Shown: positions 8,880-13,411 of the stretch, piece by piece | Position numbering within the stretch: the first letter of the stretch is position 1 | How the letters are laid out: the number at the start of each line of letters is the position of its first letter | Assembly: GCA_043228905.1 (NCBI GenBank) | Contig: JBHGNT010000953.1 | Location: 1 to 13,411 of the forward strand | From: Azolla caroliniana | Taxonomy: Eukaryota > Plantae > Polypodiophyta | Direction of reading: 5' to 3' | Length of the DNA: 13,411 nucleotides | The notes under the pieces: model-generated | What the model was told of the DNA's origin: nothing | The model's input: the letters and a program-made list of their open reading frames with translations, nothing else | Databases searched by the model: none | Made by a program: the position numbers and the translations under genes

Positions 8880-9770
8880 TAACATGAAATTGATAGTTGG
8901 TATGTATGGGTTTAGTGGTGATTGGACATTGTAATTGAAGTTGGTTGGTGCAATGGAGCAAGGGTATTGCGAAGTTCATCGAGTGTATTTTGTGTCCTTG
9001 CAAATTGAACATACCAAGCAATGATTTGGTGTTGGTATGGTCCTTGTGAGTTATTTTGTAGCTCGCATGATCTACACATCCCGAGTGTAGAAGGTCGTAA
9101 AAAGGCTTAGAAACAAATATATCACTCAACTTGGGAGAAGAATCTAGTGATCTAGGTTGGCTAAGACGATTCACAAACCGACATATGCAACAATGACCAT
9201 CTTCAAACTAATGGGATGAGACCATGCATGAGGAGATGCAATGCCCTATGATATTGGAATGTAGGACCTTTCTCCAACCCTTAAGGCGAGTATGTCATTG
9301 TAGAGAAGAGTAGTAATTTCTCAACAATTGTTGGCCTACGTTCATGTAATCTCCTTAGCTTGAAGGGGGAGTGAAAGAACACTAGGGGTGAGAGGTGGAA
9401 ATCCAAGTTCATAGCTTGAAATAGTGTGTTGAAATAACAAGCTCAACCACATATATTGTGTATGTGTTAAGTTTACCATTGTGTATACATGTGCTGTAGT
9501 TGATGAAGTAGATGTTGTACATATCCCTCTCACTTTCCTATCATTACTAGATTGATCTTAACTTCTGTGTACTTCCATACAATGTCTTTGTAAACCAAGA
9601 TCCTCTATTGCATATAATGTTGGCTACATGCTATTTGGAATCTTGTACTGATACAAGTTCTTAGTTTCTCTCTCTCTCTCTCTCTCTTAGTGAAAACACA
9701 CAATTATATTAATATATGTGTGTGAAAAACACTACTTACAATGGGTGTGACAATGGCGTATGGTATGAGC
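8880..9770 (+). mobile_element. Degenerate LTR retrotransposon remnant(s): Gypsy-like 3' end followed by LTR-like sequence
   Basis: YCEVHRVYFVSL (8965-9000, cf. VHPVFHVSL) and KRLRNKYIT (9100-9126, chromodomain-like). A purine run precedes TGCAATGCCC (9237), a second PPT-like GAAGGGGGAG-TG lies at 9362-9373, then (TC)10, GGGTGTGACA (9743-9752) and PBS-like TGGTATGAGC (9761-9770). All matches are degenerate. Confidence 0.45.
9667..9686 (+). repeat. (TC)10 microsatellite
   Basis: Seen directly in the sequence. Confidence 0.95.
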
Positions 9771-10700
9771 TCTAAAGTGACGTGGACTAGCCAAATCATC
9801 ATGCATCGCATACATTCTATGTAACCGACTGCATGTCTATCTATGTTGAGCAGATTGGAAGGTAAAACCTAGATCATTCCCATATACCTATGTTCATACA
9901 TCCAACTTAAGAACTTCCATAACCAATGAAACCCAAGTAGTTTGCTTAGGATCATCCATGATTGAATGTTTAGACATAGATTGAGATGCATAAATTCATG
10001 GCGTGCTCTACTCACCTCATTCGTCATTAGTAATTGAAGACCTATGTCTTCTCAATAACTAACAAATGAAGAAGAAGAAGGTTTACTCTCCTTCTTCTTG
10101 TTGTTACTTTTTGCCATTATTACCTCAGACAAAGAAATCACTTGATCAATTAACACGTTCAGTTAAATATACATTGTGGAAGAAAGAGTAAAAAATTGGT
10201 ATGAGTTGGGTATCATGGAACAATATATGTACCCCAAAACGGTTAGTGGGAGCTGCATTACTAAGTTTAGAAGATCATATGGTGGCTTGAAGATTCAATC
10301 TTTTAAAATGTATGTGCATAGGCACCCAACCTTGGGCAGAAATAATTGGTTATTTTGTAGGAAAAGTTGGTATCTACCAATGATGGGAAAACGAGAATTA
10401 CAGCGTCATGGTGGCATGCTGTTAATAGTACTCGTTCATTTAAATGCTCGGAGTCTATTATGGTCCAAATATTAGTGTTGTCTTGGCTGCGATGTTTGAA
10501 ACTGTTTGATTGGAGACACCCCCTGAAGTGCAGAAAAAGATAGTAATTCTTTGGCAACGTCAAGGATATTACAATGGGGATGGAAAAGAAAATTCGAATT
10601 CGCAGTTCAATCGAATGGCGAGGCTGGGCTTAGGTAACTGTGGAAGATGGCTTATCTTAGAGTCACGTAGGAAAATGATGGCCTTTCGGACATACATAAC

Positions 10701-10734
10701 AGAATATAGGTTCATTAAGAATATAGGTTCATTA
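10701..10734 (+). repeat. Perfect 17-nt tandem duplication AGAATATAGGTTCATTA x2
   Basis: 10701-10717 is identical to 10718-10734. Confidence 0.95.
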
Positions 10735-10911
10735 GATGTGTAGTTGCTAAAGCCATTTGGGTGGCCATATCACACAAAAAAAAATTGGACATAGCCAAAG
10801 GGGTTGTATTTTATCATCTTGTTTTAATAACGAACATATAGATTTACAAAAAAAAAACACAAAGAAAAGAAAAAAGAAGAAGAGTAAGCAAGAAGAAGAC
10901 TTACTAATGCA

Positions 10912-11322
10912 ATGAATGAGTCTCCGGAGCTATCCATGGGGGAAGAGCAGCAGAGACCCAACGATATTCCTGCAGAACAGAGGACCCCGATGATGATGGT
11001 GATGAAGAAGAAGAAGATGAAGGAGGTGGAGGAGGAGGATAATAAGTCAGAGTTAGGGTTTAGGTCGATTGGGAATGCTCTTGTAAATAGTGCCTTTCAG
11101 CCCATTCTATCTCTCAGGAGAACGAAGATAAACAGTGATAGTGGAAGACAGCTCCTGAGTTTTGCTATTAAAGTGGGTGCTCTTGAGATCATCAGAAGAC
11201 ATACCCAAACTAGTTGTCCTTCACTTTGGTCTGTTATTCAAAGCCTTCCTCTGCTCCAGCTCCCTCCCTTTTCATGGCTGCATCAATGGATTCCTTTCAG
11301 CTATATTCTTATGGGATCTCAG
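10912..11322 (+). CDS. SEC14-like exon 1 (start could also be ATG 10936)
   Basis: ORF 10912..11433 up to donor CAG|GTGCAT at 11323. Confidence 0.8.
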
Positions 11323-13329
11323 GTGCATCCATCCTCTCCTATCTCTATTGTTCCTTTTTCAAATTCTTTTTCATGGACAAATGCCCATATATCACTTTGG
11401 AGATCTGTAATGCAGTTTATCTCATTTCCGTAAATGAAAAAACATCATTCTAGAGTCTTATATGTAAAAATAGATTGATGTAGACGTTAAATATATGTTA
11501 CATTCCCTTTTATTGTTTTTTTGGATCTCGTGGAAATATATCCTTTCCTTATTGCCCTTACTGCATTCTTTTTCATAAAGATGGGCTTAAATTACGAGTC
11601 TTAAAATGGAATTTGCATTTCTTTTGATGAATGAAAGATGTAATTTTAGATAGAAACAGGAAATGTATCTTATATTGCTTTGCATGGATGGAAACATTTC
11701 ATTCTAGCTAGATACTTACAATATAATGTGGTTTCTTTTTATGGATATAAAGTTGAAACACATTATTCTAGATGGATCTAAATGAACTGGTTCAGGCATG
11801 TTCTAAGTAATTTTCTTTCAAATTGCACTTTTGTGGAAGAGAACGCTCAAAATAAATTGTACATTTCAATTTTGAGGTGCTTGTAGTAGAAAATTGGAGC
11901 TATCCATGATGTGCAAAACTGTATTGCAAATCATTTTATGCCTCTTTTAAAAGTATTGATTTTTGAAAATTTAAGTGGATTCTCAGATGTTCTCGAAGCC
12001 AATCATGTTTCTCTCAATTGCCACTAGAATCACAGAAAAACTTGATGAGATGAGATGTACCGAGGAATCCCCAGTCACACAAATCCAGACTTTTCATGAG
12101 GATCCACCAGATTCAGAGTATGGAGCAATAGTACCTGCAGTCACATTTAGAGATAACATAGAAAGGTTTGCTGTAAGCCAACAATGCATTATTGTATTTA
12201 CTAAGAGCAAAACAAGTTTTCCTTGAACTTACAAAGTACTAAAAGTGAATACTGTTTTCCTGGAACTTACAGGGTCTGCTAACTTTATAAAGTACTAAAA
12301 GTGAATTCTGCTTTCCATTTTCAGTGATGAAACAACTCTGGAGGCATTGGAATGTAGTCCTAATAGTCTTATCTTGTTAAAGGAATACTTGTACAAATCC
12401 GGGATTATCCTCCCTGAAAGGTAAAGAAATAGTTAGTTTAATTTTTTTCTGATATAGATTACTGGAATGGAAAATGTGCTCAGATGTTAATTATACTGCA
12501 GGATAGGGGATAATGACTTAGAAAGGTTTCTCATAGCAGCAAAGAATAATGTAAAGAGATGTGCAGCATTAATCAAGAGAAATATTAAATGGCGTGAAAC
12601 ATTCTATTTTCTTTCACCATATGAACTGGAAAACTGGTCATGCCTTGTATTTTGGCATGGGTATGATATGCAGATGAGACCATCACTTGTGGTGCGCATT
12701 GGCTGGGCATATTCAATCCTAGCGGCCGATCAACGCCCGAGATTTGTTCAAGCTATTCGTAAGAGTTTTACTTTTTTCACAATTTCATGTGCAAGCCATA
12801 TTCCCAAATATTAACGGTTGCATAGCTATGCTTTCGAGTTTAAATAAACCAACACCCTTCTGTTAGCTTGATTATTGTTCAATTTCAAACATGACCTATT
12901 TTTATTATCATCTTTGTGGATGTGCTACATTCCTGCAACCAGACAGTGGTCGGGGAGCAAAACAACAATTTCTCTTTAGGCCTGAACCTTTTGAGGCTCT
13001 TTTCAATTTCCTTTCTCTTTGCTTTTATTTTTCTTCACCCATTTTTTCTATCTTCTAAGAACTTTATATTTTTATAACACTAAGCGTTCTTAAAAGGTTC
13101 CATATCAGTGTCTCAGGTTGAATACGGAATGATACATCTGCTTTGCGAAGATGATCCAAGAGTTACAGTGATAATAGACTGTGAAGGGGCACCTGCACTA
13201 GGTTTCCCAGTCAACATGTTGAAGTCGTGCTGTACTCGAGTACAAGAGAACTATCCGACTCGACTTGCTGCACTCTTTGTTTTTAATCTCCCTCCAGTTG
13301 TTCGAATGATTGCCCTAGCCATTATTCAG
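10912..13329 (+). CDS. SEC14/CRAL-TRIO phosphatidylinositol-transfer-like protein (At3g46450-like), 3' partial; join(10912..11322,11987..12165,12325..12420,12502..12758,13109..13329), 388 codons in window
   Basis: Continuous frame through GT-AG splicing: KVGALEIIRR...CPSLW...PPFSWLHQWIPF | MFSKPIMFLSIAT | ILPE | RIGDNDLERFL...NIKWRETF...FWHGYDMQMRPSLVVRIG...RPRFVQAI | LSQVEYG...TVIIDCEG...QENYPTRLAALFVFNLPPVVRMI. These are CRAL_TRIO_N and CRAL-TRIO hallmarks. The orthology call is from recall. Confidence 0.88.
11987..12165 (+). CDS. SEC14-like exon 2
   Basis: tctcAG ends at 11986; donor AAG|GTTTGC at 12166 (phase 2) is needed to keep frame with exon 3. Confidence 0.8.
12216..12316 (+). repeat. 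Interleaved local duplications in SEC14-like intron 2
   Basis: AAAGTACTAAAAGTGAAT(A/T)CTG(T/C)TTTCC at 12233-12260 and 12289-12316; GTTTTCCT(T/G)GAACTTACA at 12216-12233 and 12254-12271. Confidence 0.9.
12325..12420 (+). CDS. SEC14-like exon 3 (DETTLEALECSPNSLILLKEYLYKSGIILPE)
   Basis: ttttcAG ends at 12324, donor GTAAAG at 12421. Confidence 0.85.
12502..12758 (+). CDS. SEC14-like exon 4 (CRAL_TRIO_N and start of the lipid-binding domain)
   Basis: ctgcAG ends at 12501, donor GTAAGA at 12759; encodes LERFL, WRETF and FWHGYD..RP. Confidence 0.92.
13109..13329 (+). CDS. SEC14-like exon 5 (CRAL-TRIO core)
   Basis: atatcAG ends at 13108, donor CAG|GTATTG at 13330; encodes IIDCEG and QENYPTRL. 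Confidence 0.92.
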
Positions 13330-13411
13330 GTATTGGACAGGTTGCTGTACTTAGTAAAAAAGCTCCATTTGCATAAAAATGACCATAAAGGTAGCTTTAA
13401 AAGAAGCTCTT

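Noticed and set aside
10176-10743. Intergenic ORFs of 99, 86 and 77 aa
   Set aside because: Non-ATG starts, no domain similarity, and no splice path into the SEC14-like gene identified.
4635-13329. Functional link between CPL4 and the SEC14-like gene
   Set aside because: Adjacency and shared orientation alone imply nothing in plant genomes, and a TE relic separates them.

Overview
Eukaryotic, AT-rich land-plant genomic DNA with spliceosomal GT-AG introns. The (TA/TG/CA)n-rich introns and diverged proteins suggest a non-seed plant such as a fern, but that is inference only. There are two + strand genes. (1) A complete CPL4/FCP1-type RNA polymerase II CTD phosphatase: 8 coding exons at 4635-8297, 505 aa, with a DLDHT catalytic motif and a C-terminal BRCT domain. 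It appears to have a spliced, uORF-rich 5' leader starting near a TATA box at 2551. (2) A SEC14/CRAL-TRIO lipid-transfer gene resembling Arabidopsis At3g46450 (recalled, not searched), starting at 10912 and running off the right edge, with 5 exons visible. Heavily decayed LTR-retrotransposon remnants flank gene 1 (about 750-1620 on -, about 8880-9770 on +), and there is a pair of convergent tRNA-like (Pol III B-box) fragments at 1831-1963. Most other ORFs in the track are spurious. I do not see a convincing new biological system. The best leads are post-transcriptional: stacked uORFs, a tandem repeat made of splice acceptors, and competing splice sites that create premature stops.
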